In this document: positions 1 to 11,831 of the stretch, in pieces
Numbering within the stretch: the first letter of the stretch is position 1
Layout of the letters: the number at the start of each line of letters is the position of its first letter
Source of the DNA: Octopus sinensis
Lineage: Eukaryota
Direction: 5' to 3'
Length of the DNA: 64,000 nucleotides
Assembly (NCBI RefSeq): GCF_006345805.1
Contig: NC_043005.1
Span: 84,878,001 to 84,942,000, forward strand
Notes under the pieces: model-generated
What the model saw: the letters and a program-made list of their open reading frames with translations, nothing else
Database searches by the model: none
What the model was told of the DNA's origin: nothing
Program-made: the position numbers and the translations under genes

Positions 1-50
1 TATTACTCTGGGTGGCAAAAATGTACTTTCAGAGTTACCTGTCATATAAG

Positions 51-308
51 GCAAGGGGCCGGCAGAAACGTTAGCACACCGGGTGAAATGCTTTGGTGAG
101 CTGGCAGAAATGATTGCACACTGGGTGAAATGCTTAGTGGTATTTCGTTTGTCTTTACGTTCTGAGTTCAAATTCTGCCAAGGTTGACTTTGCCTTTAAT
201 TCTTTCAGGGTTGATAAATTAAGTACCAGTTGCATACTGTGGTTGATCTAATCAACTGGCCCCCTCCCACAAAAAAAAAATGGAGCCTTGTGTCTAGAGT
301 AGAAAAGA
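51..308 (+). mobile_element. tRNA-derived SINE, family B (head duplicated)
   Basis: Head gagctggcagaa..ttagcac, B-box-like gagttcaaattc, and central gactttgcctttaattctttcaggggttgataaattaagtaccagt. The same motif recurs more than 15 times in the window. Confidence 0.8.
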
Positions 309-1477
309 GATTACTTACCATATAACGGATAACACTCTTCTCTATTTTATAATAAACTAGCTTAAGGTGACCCGCTCTACACGTGGGTGAGAGTGTGGTT
401 TATACTTTCTGTTGCTTCCTTTCTGTTTCTTATCCCCACATTCTCCCTCTTTGTTTCTCTCTCCTTACTCTCTCACTTTCCCACTCTCTTACTCTTCCTT
501 TCTGTCAGACTCTCCCTTGGTTTCTCTTACTCTCTATCTTTTTCTGTCTATCTCTTTCCCATTTATAAAAAAACAAAAGATCTTGAGTAAGTTGAGAAAG
601 AAAATATTTGGAAAGATCAATCATAAATATCAGGCAATGACAACGGAATGCACACTTGCCTTTTGTACGTGCCACTATTTGAGCGATTAAAAGTAAGGAA
701 AAAAAAGGATTTCTTTGTTAAATTTAGTACTTATTTTGGGAATTTTTCAATGATTGACCATGCAAATGAAAGCTCTAAACACGGGCTTCATGCAGCTGTA
801 AATTTCCTTCAGAAAAAATGAAAACCATAAACAATAAAAAATAAAAGGCAAAAATATGTAAAAATGAGAAATATTTTCAACTTCAAAAATCTTGCCTTAA
901 TTTTCAAAATTTTGAACCCATTTTCTTTGCTTAAATTAGAAATCCACTTCCACTTTATCGTGTTGAAAATTTGATTGAAATCAGGCAAAAGTCGCCCAAT
1001 GTAGTCCCCAAAATCAATAAAATCCTTGCTTACACACCAAAGCAACCACTGTAGCATCCCAAAACGTCTCCCAATCAATTTCTCACCTCAAGTTACCCCT
1101 CCTGTAAATTTTAATCCCCTTCCAGCCCCATTTAGACCCTTTTTACATAAAAATCCAATGCGTATCAACGTTCACCTTCTTCATTTTATAGGCAAATATA
1201 AATGTTAGTTGGTTGGTTGATCTCTCCAGTTATATTTACATCAAATAGATGGAGTGGGGAGGGAAGGAAAGAATAAAGGAGAAATACAGAGGGAGATAAT
1301 ATAAAGTGAACAATAGGCTTGGTGGCAGGTAATGAGTAGAGGAATACTATACTCACACTCATCATAGAATTATGGGAAGACGAAGAGGAGGAGAGGAAGT
1401 AAATGACAAAAGTGGTATGCAAATAAAACATTTGAAATTTGTTTTATTTAATTCTATTTTAAATTAATTTTATCTGT

Positions 1478-1845
1478 CACCTGTCTCAGTCATTTGATTG
1501 TGGGTATACTGGGGCAGTGGCTAAAAAGATATTTTAGTTGGGTGGATTGACTCCAGAACTTATTCTATCAGTCTCTTTTTGCTAAACCACTATGTTAAAG
1601 GATATAAACAAACCAGTGCCATTTGCCAGGCAGTGATGAGGGACACACACACACACACACATACACACACACACATAAGGCAGGCTTCTTTCAGTTTCCA
1701 ACCACCAAATTAACTCACAAAGCTTTGATCATCCTGAGGCTTAGTAGGAGAAACTTGCCTAAGGTGCTGTGCAGTGGGATTGAACCCAGAACCATATGGC
1801 TGACAAGCAAGCTCCTCATCACTCTGTCACACCTTCCTCTACGTA
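1478..1845 (-). mobile_element. tRNA-derived CORE-like SINE, family A
   Basis: Reverse-complement match to the full copy at 7843-8220. Confidence 0.75.
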
Positions 1846-2158
1846 CACCTATGAAATCAAACTTAACAAAATAGCACCAACAAGTGCATCATACAATTGC
1901 CAACAGATGAATATTGAATTAATAATTTCTTTACATTGGAGGTGAAGCTCTTCATTTCATTGAAACTATTGTCAAAGGAAATATCTCAATTGCAGAAGAA
2001 TAAACGAAAACAACAAAAACAAAAAAACAAAACAAAAAGAAAACACACACACCTGATATCAAAGAACCAAATATCATTCTCACCTTCCTTCGGCTTCTTT
2101 GCTTTCATTTTTCTGATTTATTAACTTCATTGCAATTACATTCCTATTATTATTATTA

Positions 2159-2197
<39 letters not shown>

Positions 2198-2305
2198 CAT
2201 TATTATCATCATTATCATTATTATTATCGCCATCATCATCATCATTATTATTATTATTATTATTATTAGTATTAATGTTGTTGTTATTGTTGTTATTATA
2301 TTATT

Positions 2306-2856
2306 GAGTGAGAGAGCAGTGCATGCCATCAAAGTGACACTGTGGTACAAAAATACGAAGCCCAGTATACCCCTCATGACTACCCGTCTGATACAGGTAC
2401 ACCAGGCACATGCATCACAGCCATATGTGTGCGACATGGTGATCTCATATCAAGATAAACAGCACATGACCTTACAGGTGGGGCCCAGTTAGAATTTTTT
2501 CTGGTTGAGTAACCCATCTCGCTCAAAAGGTCCCTGAATAAGGGTTGTTTAAGGATGTTGAACGAAACACCCAAGTTTCCAGAGGTGAATTATTCAAACC
2601 CCAAAGAATCCCTCTCAACACATGGCTATGATGCTCCCCAAATACTTCTGCTCATGATCAGAGATGCACATATTGTCAGCCAGTAAGGGACATGCTCAAC
2701 TGGTTAAAGTCAAACATCTGGCAAGCAAATCTGTGGTATTGAGCACAATATTTGCTGTAGCCCATCTTTTATACCAAGACAAAACAATGTACATGATAAC
2801 ACTTCCAATCAGTTAAGATCAGAAGCCATGAGAGCCACTGCCTGGTACTGCATCAG
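2306..2856 (-). mobile_element. ~550-bp non-coding interspersed element ending in (AAT)n, copy 1
   Basis: Near-identical copy at 3069-3617. Its terminal 37 nt match 52914-52950 at 36/37. It is embedded in (ATT)n. Confidence 0.65.
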
Positions 2857-2909
<53 letters not shown>

Positions 2910-2950
2910 CATTATTATCATCATTATCATTATTATTATTATCATCATCA

Positions 2951-2984
<34 letters not shown>

Positions 2985-3068
2985 CGCCATCATCATCATC
3001 ATTATTATTATTATTATTATTATTAGTAGTAGTATTAATGTTGTTGTTATTGTTGTTATTATATTATT

Positions 3069-3617
3069 GAGTGAGAGAGCAGTGCATGCCATCAAAGTGA
3101 CACTGTGGTACAAAAATACGAAGCCCAGTATACCCCTCATGACTACCCGTCTGATACAGGTACACCAGGCACATGCATCACAGCCATATGTGTGCGACAT
3201 GGTGATCTCATATCAAGATAAACAGTACATGACCTTACAGGTGGGGCCCAGTTAGAATTTTTTCTGGTTGAGTAACCCATCTCACTCAAAAGGTCCCTGA
3301 ATAAGGGTGTTTAAGGATGTTGAACGAAACACCCAAGTTTCCAGAGGTGAATTATTCAAACCCCAAGAATCCCTCTCAACACATGGCTATGATGCTCCCC
3401 AAATACTTCTGCTCATGATCAGAGATGCACATATTGTCAGCCAGTAAGGGACATGCTCAACTGGTAAAAGTCAAACATCTGGCAAGCAAATCTGTGGTAT
3501 TGAGCACAATATTTGCTGTAGCCCATCTTTTATACCAAGACATAACAATGTACATGATAACACTTCCAATCAGTTAGGATCTGAAGCCATGAGAGCTAAT
3601 TCCTGGTACTGCATCAG
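3069..3617 (-). mobile_element. ~550-bp non-coding interspersed element, copy 2 (tandem duplicate)
   Basis: Offset by 763 bp from copy 1, with the same interrupted microsatellite upstream. Confidence 0.65.
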
Positions 3618-3620
3618 GGA

Positions 3621-3670
<50 letters not shown>

Positions 3671-3671
<1 letters not shown>

Positions 3672-4005
3672 CTCCATCTTTGTTGATTGTATGTTTGTTT
3701 GTCTGTGGACAAGATATCTCAAGAACCACTGGGTAGATTCAAATAAAACTTTCAGGGATGTTTGGCCTCATGACTGGCATGAACTGATTAGATTTTGGGA
3801 TCGATCTGGTACTGGACAAGGATTCTGGATTATTTTTTTGTGTTTTTTTCATTCAATTTTTGAGAGCGGTCGGGTACAATTTTTAGTAGTTTGTGAGAGC
3901 AGTTGAGTTTATTCAGATATTCTCATTTCAAAAATCATCTCTGGCTTATCATTGAGAAGACTTTGCTGTTGCCTTGGCAGAGGTTTGCACTTTCTGAGTG
4001 CTCTT
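3671..4005 (+). mobile_element. Helentron-associated (HINE/DINE-1-like) non-autonomous element
   Basis: 5' tgtttgtctgt microsatellite, 3' subterminal ccttggcagag (3972-3982), then hairpin gcact-ttctg-agtgc (3987-4001) and a T-rich end. The 5' subterminal repeat is partly deleted. Confidence 0.6.
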
Positions 4006-4115
4006 ATTTTCATTATTAATATTGTTAATATTTATTATCATAAATATTATTAATGTTTATTTTTTATTCCTCAGTCTTAGCTGTTATGACTTTTGCTGCT
4101 CCTATTATTATTATC

Positions 4116-4187
<72 letters not shown>

Positions 4188-4217
4188 ATTATTATCATTA
4201 TTATTATTATTATTATA

Positions 4218-4266
<49 letters not shown>

Positions 4267-4270
4267 TATT

Positions 4271-4900
4271 TAATGTGTTGCACAGTATACAATATCGTGA
4301 GGTTGTTGATTGAAGATATTGTGTCTACCGAGGGGTTTGTACTGTTTGTTCAGTCACAACATGGACCTCAAACAGACTACTTTACGCAATATGCATGCAG
4401 TTCCAAGTAATGCCGAGTTTTGCAATACACCTAGATTATAGGGTATTTTTAAAGTTTCCAGATGTCTCTTCAGTTTGGGCAGTATTGAATCCAATGCTCT
4501 GATGACAATAGGGACAATCTTTGACTCTCGTAGCTGCCATATCTTAGCAACCTCAATTCTTAGATCTCCATATTTATGAAGCTGCTCTCTTTCTTTCATG
4601 ATGATATGTTGATCTCCTGGCGCTGCCATATCAATTATTAGGCACTCTTGTTTGTCCCTCCTAAACGTTACTACATCTGGCCTCCGCTGCTCTAACATCT
4701 TGTATGTCTGGAAGTCAAAGTCCCAGACAATTTTTGTCTTCCCCTTTTCATCCCTTACCTTTTCTGCTGTATGTAGGTACCAAGCACCCTTTACTTCATA
4801 TCCATACTTACGACATAGTAGCCAGTGGAGGTTTGGGGCTATCTTGTCATGTCTACGCTCGTACTCTTTCTGCGCCAGACTTTCACAGGCACTAACAATT
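4271..4900 (-). mobile_element. 5'-truncated RLE-type non-LTR retrotransposon (R4/Dong-like): C-terminal Zn-knuckle region, restriction-like endonuclease, 3'UTR and (AAT)n tail
   Basis: ORF 4354..4917 reads IVSACESLAQKEYERRHDKIA..LHWLLCRKYG..KIVWDFDFQT..RRPDVV..CLIIDMAAPGD..KYGDLRIEV..IVPIVIRAL, the PD..D/E..K pattern of RLE. The 3' end runs into (AAT)n at 4270. Confidence 0.85.
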
Positions 4901-5489
4901 AAGTACCAGTGAAGCACTGGGGTCGCTGTGATCGACCAGTCACCTCCTCCAAAATGTCAGGCCTTGTGCCTATAGTCAAAAGGATTATTATTATTATGAA
5001 GACAAAGAGCTGGCATAATCATTAGCACACCGGGTAAAATGCTTAGCGGTATTTCATCCAACTTTATGTTCAAATTCCACTGAGGCTGACTTTGTCTTTC
5101 ATTCTTTTGGGGGCCAATAAAATAAGGACCAGTTGAATTAAGGGACTCACCTTCTCCCTCTTAAATGCTGGTCTTGTGCTGAAATTTGAAACTACTATTA
5201 TTATCATTATTATCAAAGGCAGCGATCTAGTGGAATAATTCACCCATCAAACAAAATGCTTAGCAGCCTTTCATCTCTTTTTACCCTCTGAATTCAAATG
5301 CCATTGAGGCCAGCTTTGTCTGTCATGCTTTTGGGGTCACTAAAATAAGTGCCAGTTTAGTACTGGGGGTTGATGTAATTGACCAACCCTCTCTCTTTAA
5401 AATTGCTGACCCTGCGACAAAATTTGAAACAATTTTCCTTATCATCATCACCACCACCATCATCATCATTATCATCACCACCACCACCA

Positions 5490-5543
<54 letters not shown>

Positions 5544-5790
5544 CATCATCATCATTATCATCATCATTAAGGTGGTGAGCTGGAAGAATCGTTAGCAGAG
5601 TGGGGGAAAAATGCTCAGTGGCAGTTGATTTGTCTTTATGTTCTGAGTTCAAACTCCACTGAGGCTGCCTTTGCTTTGCATAATTTTGGGGTCAATGTAA
5701 TCGACTGTTGCTCTCCCTTAAAATTTCAGTTCTTGTCCCTATAAAGGGTTATCATAATTTTTATTATTATTATCATCATCATCATCATCA

Positions 5791-5857
<67 letters not shown>

Positions 5858-6130
5858 GATTCTTCTTCTTCTTCTTATTATTATTAAGGTGCTGAGCTGG
5901 CAGAATTTTTAGTCCATCAAACAAAATGCTTAGCAGCATATCGTCCATCCTTAATGTTCTGGGTTCAAATTCTGCCGTGGTTGACTTTGCATTTCATTCT
6001 TTCAAGGTCGATAAAATAAGGACCAGTGGAGCACTGGGTGGGGCTTGGGGGTGGTCGGCTGTCAATATAATTCATTTACTTTCTCTCTTTAAAATTGCTA
6101 GCCTTGTGGCAACATTTGAAACAGTTTTCA
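4895..6130 (+). mobile_element. Head-to-tail array of five family-B SINE copies separated by (ATT)/(ATC)n
   Basis: A 3' half-copy at ~4895, then heads at ~5001, ~5216, ~5569 and ~5886. Each is followed by the gactttgcctttcat..gataaaataag..accag domain and a microsatellite tail. Confidence 0.75.
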
Positions 6131-6416
6131 TTATTATCACTATTATATTGTTGTTGCTTTTGTTAATATGTTGTTGCTTTTGTTAATATGTTGTTGTTGT
6201 TGTTGTTGTTGTTATCATAATTCACATTTATTCATTTCTGAACTTTAAATTAATCTTTTTGTAGTTTAGAGAAATTTTCTTTTCTCTTCAAATCTTTCTC
6301 TTCCTTCTTCTAATTCTTTCTCTTTCTTCTAATTCTCGTTAGTCATCGTCATCATCACCACCATCATCGTTAACATCCTAACTATCATCATCACCACCAC
6401 CACCACCACCACCACC

Positions 6417-6450
<34 letters not shown>

Positions 6451-6529
6451 ACATTACAGTCACCATTGTTATCATCATCATCACCATCATCAACGTGATT
6501 GTGTTCATGACCCTTTCTTTCTTTCCCTC

Positions 6530-6829
6530 ATCATCACCTCTTTCTTTCTTTCCTTCTTTCCTTCTAGCTTTCTTTCTTTCTTCCCTTCTTTCCTTCATTC
6601 CTTCCTTCTTTCCTTCCTGCCTTCCTCTCTTTCTTTCTTTCTTTCTTTCTTTTTTATTCCCTTCTTTCCTTCCTTCTTTCCTTCCTTCCTTTCTTCCTTC
6701 CTCCCTCTCTTTCTTTCTTACTTTCCTTCTTTCCTTCAATCCTTCTTTCCTTCCTTCCTCCCTCTCTTTCTTTCTTACTTTCCTTCTTTCCTTCAATCTT
6801 TCTTTCCTTCCTTCCTTCCTTCCTTCCTC

Positions 6830-6896
<67 letters not shown>

Positions 6897-6935
6897 ACTT
6901 CTTTCTTTCTCTCTTTCTTTCTGTCTTCCTTTCTT
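6530..6935. repeat. (TTTC)n/(TTCC)n pyrimidine tract
   Basis: Seen directly. It generates the spurious K/E/R-rich and F/L/S-rich ORFs. Confidence 0.95.
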
Positions 6936-7499
6936 TTTCTCATATCTTCTTTAAAAAAAAAAAAATTTGCTACAAATTGGAATTGAAGTTAATTTCTCTT
7001 ATTTAATCTAACAATTAAATTGGTTTCTATTCTCAATAAAGCAACAACAGAAAAAAAATAAAACAAACAAACAACAAAAGTAACCATGAAAATTAAAAAC
7101 TTAGAGCAACAACTATAACAAAAAAAAAATTAAAACAAACAAACAAATCAATGTTTGCAATCTGAATTTTGTTGTTGTTGTTGTTGCTGTTGTTGTAGGC
7201 AAAAATGTTAAATTGTTATTTTTTTGTTTTGCTTTTGTGTTGTAGCACAATATTTTGTTTTGTTGCTGTTGTTGTTGTTTTGTTAATTACAGCTGCCATG
7301 ATTTTTGATTCCTGGAGAGAAATGTGTTGAGTTAGGATTTTTAGGGGAAGGTGGGTCAAGGGGCCTCTGAAACGTTTGTGGTGAGGCAAGTCCAGCCCTT
7401 GTGTTCATTCCATGCTGTTCTTATCTCTTTAGTATATATATGTATATATATGTATGTGTGTGTGTGGTGTGTGTACGTATGTATGTATGTATACCAGAC

Positions 7500-7829
7500 G
7501 GAGACCCCCTTCAGTCACGAATGACCATAGGATTGCACCTAGAAAGGTCCCCTCCAAGGCACAGGTCCAGGCAAGGTTGTTTATGGAAGACCAGCGGTCA
7601 CCCATGCATACCAGCCTCCCTTCTCTACACCACTGATGTTATCCAAGGGAAAGGCAAAGGGGCCGATACAGCTTGGCACCATGACATTGCAACTCATTTC
7701 TACAGCTGAGTTAACTGGGGCAACGTAAAATAAAGTGTCTTGATCAAGAATACAACTGGTCTGGGATTCGAACTCACAACCTCATGGTCATAAGTTTGAC
7801 ACTCTAGCCACTGAGCCATGTGCCTTCAC
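7500..7829 (-). mobile_element. tRNA-derived SINE, family D
   Basis: The minus strand begins gtgaaggcacatggctcagtggctagagtg (A-box) and includes gagttcgaatccc (B-box) and tcttgatcaagacactttat (CORE/V-like). Confidence 0.7.
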
Positions 7830-7842
7830 TGTATATATAGAC

Positions 7843-8220
7843 GCAGGAGTGGCTGCGTGGTAAGTAGCTTGCTAACCAGCCACATGGTTCCGTGTTCAGT
7901 CCCACTGCATGGTATATTGGGCAAGTGTCTTCTGCTATAGCCCCGGGCCGACCAATGCCTTGTGAGTGGATTTGGTAGACGGAAACTGAAAGAAGCCTGT
8001 CGTGTGTATGTATATATGTGTGTTTGTGTGTCTGTGTTTGTCCCCCTAGCATTGCTTGACAACCGATGCTGGTGTGTTTTCGTCCGTGTCACTTAGCGGT
8101 TTGGCAAAAGAGACCGATAGAATAAGTACTGGGCTTACAAAGAATACGTCCCGGGGTCGATTTGCTCGACTAAAGGCGGTGCTCCAGCATGGCCACAGTC
8201 AAATGACTGAAACAAGTAAA
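7843..8220 (+). mobile_element. Full-length tRNA-derived CORE-like SINE, family A
   Basis: Head gcaggagtggctgcgtggtaag..gttcagtccc, CORE-like ttgggcaagtgtcttct, internal (TA/TG)n, tail ggcggtgctccagcatggccacagtcaaatgactgaaacaag. About 20 full or partial copies occur in the window. Matching it to a named Octopus family (OK/OR1/OR2) needs a library search. Confidence 0.85.
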
Positions 8221-8253
<33 letters not shown>

Positions 8254-8294
8254 ATATATGTATGTATATATAATATGTATGTTATTTATATATG

Positions 8295-8378
<84 letters not shown>

Positions 8379-8819
8379 TATGTATATATATATGTATATA
8401 TATATATGTATGTATATATATATATGTATATATATATATGTATGTATATATGGCAATGACCACCCTGGAATGTTGTTTCTCACCTACCTGCAGCACATGT
8501 GCCGGTAAGGAGACATTGGCAATGGTCACGCTTGAATGGTGCTTTTTATGTGCCACCAGCATGGGAGCCAATCAGCAGCCCTGGCAAAAACCATGCTCAG
8601 ATGTGCCACCAGTGCCAATCAGGCAGTACTGTCATCAGCCACATCAGCAATTACACATGCATATATATATATACATGCATACATATATATATATTATATA
8701 TATATATATATATGTTGGCCTGCTCACTTAGCCAGCAGAGTGGCGTCATTTGAAGGCTAAAACAATGCGAAGTGCATTGTGACCAGCGATGTATAGCCTG
8801 GTTGGTCACGGTGATCACT

Positions 8820-8860
<41 letters not shown>

Positions 8861-8905
8861 GCACACACACACACATTCACACATTCACACATACATACAT
8901 ATATA

Positions 8906-9620
8906 TCTGATATAATGATTTGGGATAGAAAAGAGAAACTGTTCATAATTGTGGAACTTAGCTGCCCAGCAGATGTTAACATGAAGCTGGAGATCAGTGA
9001 AAAAGAGAACGCCTATCTGACACTACTCTATCCAGATTACAAGTTCAGGTTTATACCTGTAATTATTGGGGCCCTGAGAATATGTGGTGGAAGCACTCCG
9101 TTGGTTGCGACTACGAGGGTTCCGGTTGATCCGATCAACAGAACAGCCTACTCGTGAAATTAACGTGTAAGTGGCTGAGCACTCCACAGACACGTGTACC
9201 CTTAACGTAGTTCTCAGGGATATTCAGCGTGACACAGAGAGTGACAAGGCCGGCCCTTTGAAATACAGGTACAACAGAAACAGGAAGTAAGAGTGAGAGA
9301 AAGTTGTGGTGAAAGAGTACAGCAGGGATCACCACCATCCCTGCCGGAGCCTCGTGGAGCTTTAGGTGTTTTCGCTCAATAAACACTCACAACGCCCGGT
9401 CTGGGAATCGAAACCACGATCCTACGACCGCGAGTCCGCTGCCCTAACCACTGGGCCATTGCGCCTCCTGAGAATATGTAACACACTGCTTAAATACCAA
9501 CCTTAAGAACTTAGGCTTCCCAAAACCAGAAAGGAGAAAGCTAATTCGAAGACTACAGATCCAAGCCAACACTGGAACAGTAAAAAAATCTGTAAAACTT
9601 TCCAGAAGTTTATCATTTAA
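8906..9620 (+). mobile_element. RLE-type non-LTR retrotransposon C-terminal fragment, interrupted by a SINE
   Basis: Reads SDIMIWDRKEKLFIIVELSCPADVNMKLEISEKENAY..LLYPDYKFRFIPVIIGAL. After the insertion it resumes as NLKNLGFPKPERRKLIRRLQIQANTGTV.., with a stop near 9618-9620. Same family as 41010-41560. Confidence 0.8.
9086..9466 (-). mobile_element. Young full-length tRNA-derived SINE, family E, with a 13-bp target-site duplication
   Basis: TSD cctgagaatatgt at 9073-9085 and 9467-9479. The minus strand has A-box tggcccagtgg and B-box ggtttcgattcc, and CpGs are retained. Confidence 0.9.
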
Positions 9621-9867
9621 ACATATATGAGCATGTCTAGATATGCAACTATATGCATGAGATTACATACATACATACAAACAAAAATACCCTGTTGTTG
9701 ATGTTGAAATTCTAATGAAGGAGCCTTCGATCTAGGTTAGAAACCAGTTCTCTCTCTATTGGCAAGAAATCTTGAAATAAACTGAATAATGATGTACATA
9801 CATACATATATATATATAAATAAATGAAAGAATGGAGTCAAACGAAGATTTTAACAAAATTCCTTTA

Positions 9868-9950
9868 CTCTCAACACATGTTTCGAAGACTGCATACTCT
9901 TAATTCCGAAGGAATAAAGGGTGCATTATGCCGTCTTCTCATCAGGAAAG
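9868..9950 (-). ncRNA. Type I hammerhead ribozyme motif with extended stem II
   Basis: Minus strand: ctttc CTGATGA gaagac [42 nt] gtcttc GAAA C atgt GT T^ gagag. Stem I is ctttc/gagag, stem II is a perfect 6 bp, and the cleavage triplet is GUU. Confidence 0.75.
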
Positions 9951-11831
9951 ACAAGGAACCTCTATCAGCCTCAAGACGAACAAAAACTTTTTGATGACTG
10001 CCTACATGGTGTCCACAGTGATAATGAACATGCGTTGAGAGTAAAGGAATTTTGTTAAAATCTTCGTTCGACTCCATTCTTTCATTCATTCATATAAAAA
10101 ACACACAAATTTCCACACAAGAACACGGGGTTTCTGCCCTTGGCATGTAGCTTCAACCGTGTTTTCTGACGTGAATTTGCTACCCAGGTATCGATTAATC
10201 GAATTATCCATACTAGGATAATTCATTCACCTATTTATATATATATATGTATGTATGTATGTATGTATGAACATATCAAGTTAACATGCTGAAATGATTT
10301 TGTTTGGGAATGGGGAAATTCTGTTACAGGTGTCTTTTCACAGTTAACAATAAGAACAATAACAATATTAATAATAATGAGGACAAAGAGTAAGAGAAAG
10401 GAGAAAAGAAGGCAAACACAAAGTAAAACATGGAAGAGGAGGAGGAGGAGAGATAAAACCCAGGAAGCAGATAAAAGACAAATAAAAAATACAAAAAGAT
10501 GTGGGGAAAAAACCAGCAAAAACAACAATGAAACAAAATAAACAAAACAAAATAAAATGGAAAAAGAAATAATAGGAAAATAAAAATAAAATAAAAGCAT
10601 GAAAGAGGAAAATAAACAATGAAGAAGAAATAAAAAATAAAATGAAACGGGGGGGAGGGGAGGGAGGGAAAAATGAAGAGACGATGAAGAATTTAAAGAA
10701 GCAAACACTGAGAAACCTAACAAATAGAACCAATATTAAAGAGGAAAAAGAACAAAACTCAGAGCAGCTTTGTTTTTGTAGAGGGTTACTAAAGAATATA
10801 GGATGGAGCAATAAAACTGTTTTGTAGCTCAAGTAGGAAGAAAGAGAGAGAGGAAGAGAAAGAGAGGGAGAGAGAAGAGGACAGCCACTCTCTTTTATAA
10901 ATCGCAACCTCTTTTCAATTGTGTTGTTACTATGAACTACTGTAATTGGCTAATTTCAGAATATTCTTTGTGAGATTCCGAGGAAACGGTACTAATCAAA
11001 ACTATACTCTGCTAGTAACAGCTGTTTTCATCCAGTTGGTTCTATTCTTCAATGTGACAAAAGCTCTTTAATTATTAATTCAGCGCATTTTACACTGGAA
11101 TACATTCATTGACTTTGCCATTATTCCGACCTAATACATCTTCCAACCAACCGTCGAAACCATCCACACCAGCCGTTCTTCATTTTGCAATTGTTCTCTC
11201 AGGGCATGCTTTAATATATATGCTGTGTGTGTGTGTGTGTATAGTACATATATGCACACACACAGACACACACACACATGTACATGGATAAATATCATTT
11301 AATGAATACAGGAGTTAAACGTGAGCTACTTCAAGTTTCATGCTCAAGTACTGTAGTAATTAGATGGACTGGTTCCGTGAACCAAGATTGATTTGGCAAG
11401 CATTCAGGTTCAAATGATAGGACTACCCTGTGAGAAAATGCAAGAAAAAAATAAGAAAAAAAATCATTATAAGAAAGGTAAGTAGAAAATGGCTAGGGAA
11501 AAGGAGAAATAAGAGTTGTGTCCCTTTAACCCCTTAAATGAAGAATAGGATTGAGTACTTTAACAAGCAAAAAGAACACTAATATATCTTATCTTTTATC
11601 TTTTGCTTGTTTCAGTCATTGCACTACGACCATGCTGGGGCACTGCCTTGAAGTGTTTAGCTGAACAAACAATTTCAAGTTTGATAGTTATTCTATTGAT
11701 CTTTTTAACTGAACTGCTAAGTAACAGGAACATAAGCAGACCAACACCGATAGCCAAGCTGCAATAGGAGACGAACATAAAAACATACACACACACATAT
11801 ATATATATATATATTATATATATATATATAA

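Noticed and set aside
355-392. actagcttaaggtgacccgctctacacgtggg resembling a Helitron terminus
   Set aside because: The similarity is short, with no matching opposite end in view.
9700-9760. Hammerhead-like ctaatgaagg..gaaaccagtt in the RLE 3'UTR
   Set aside because: The core is mutated and neither stem I nor stem II pairs convincingly.
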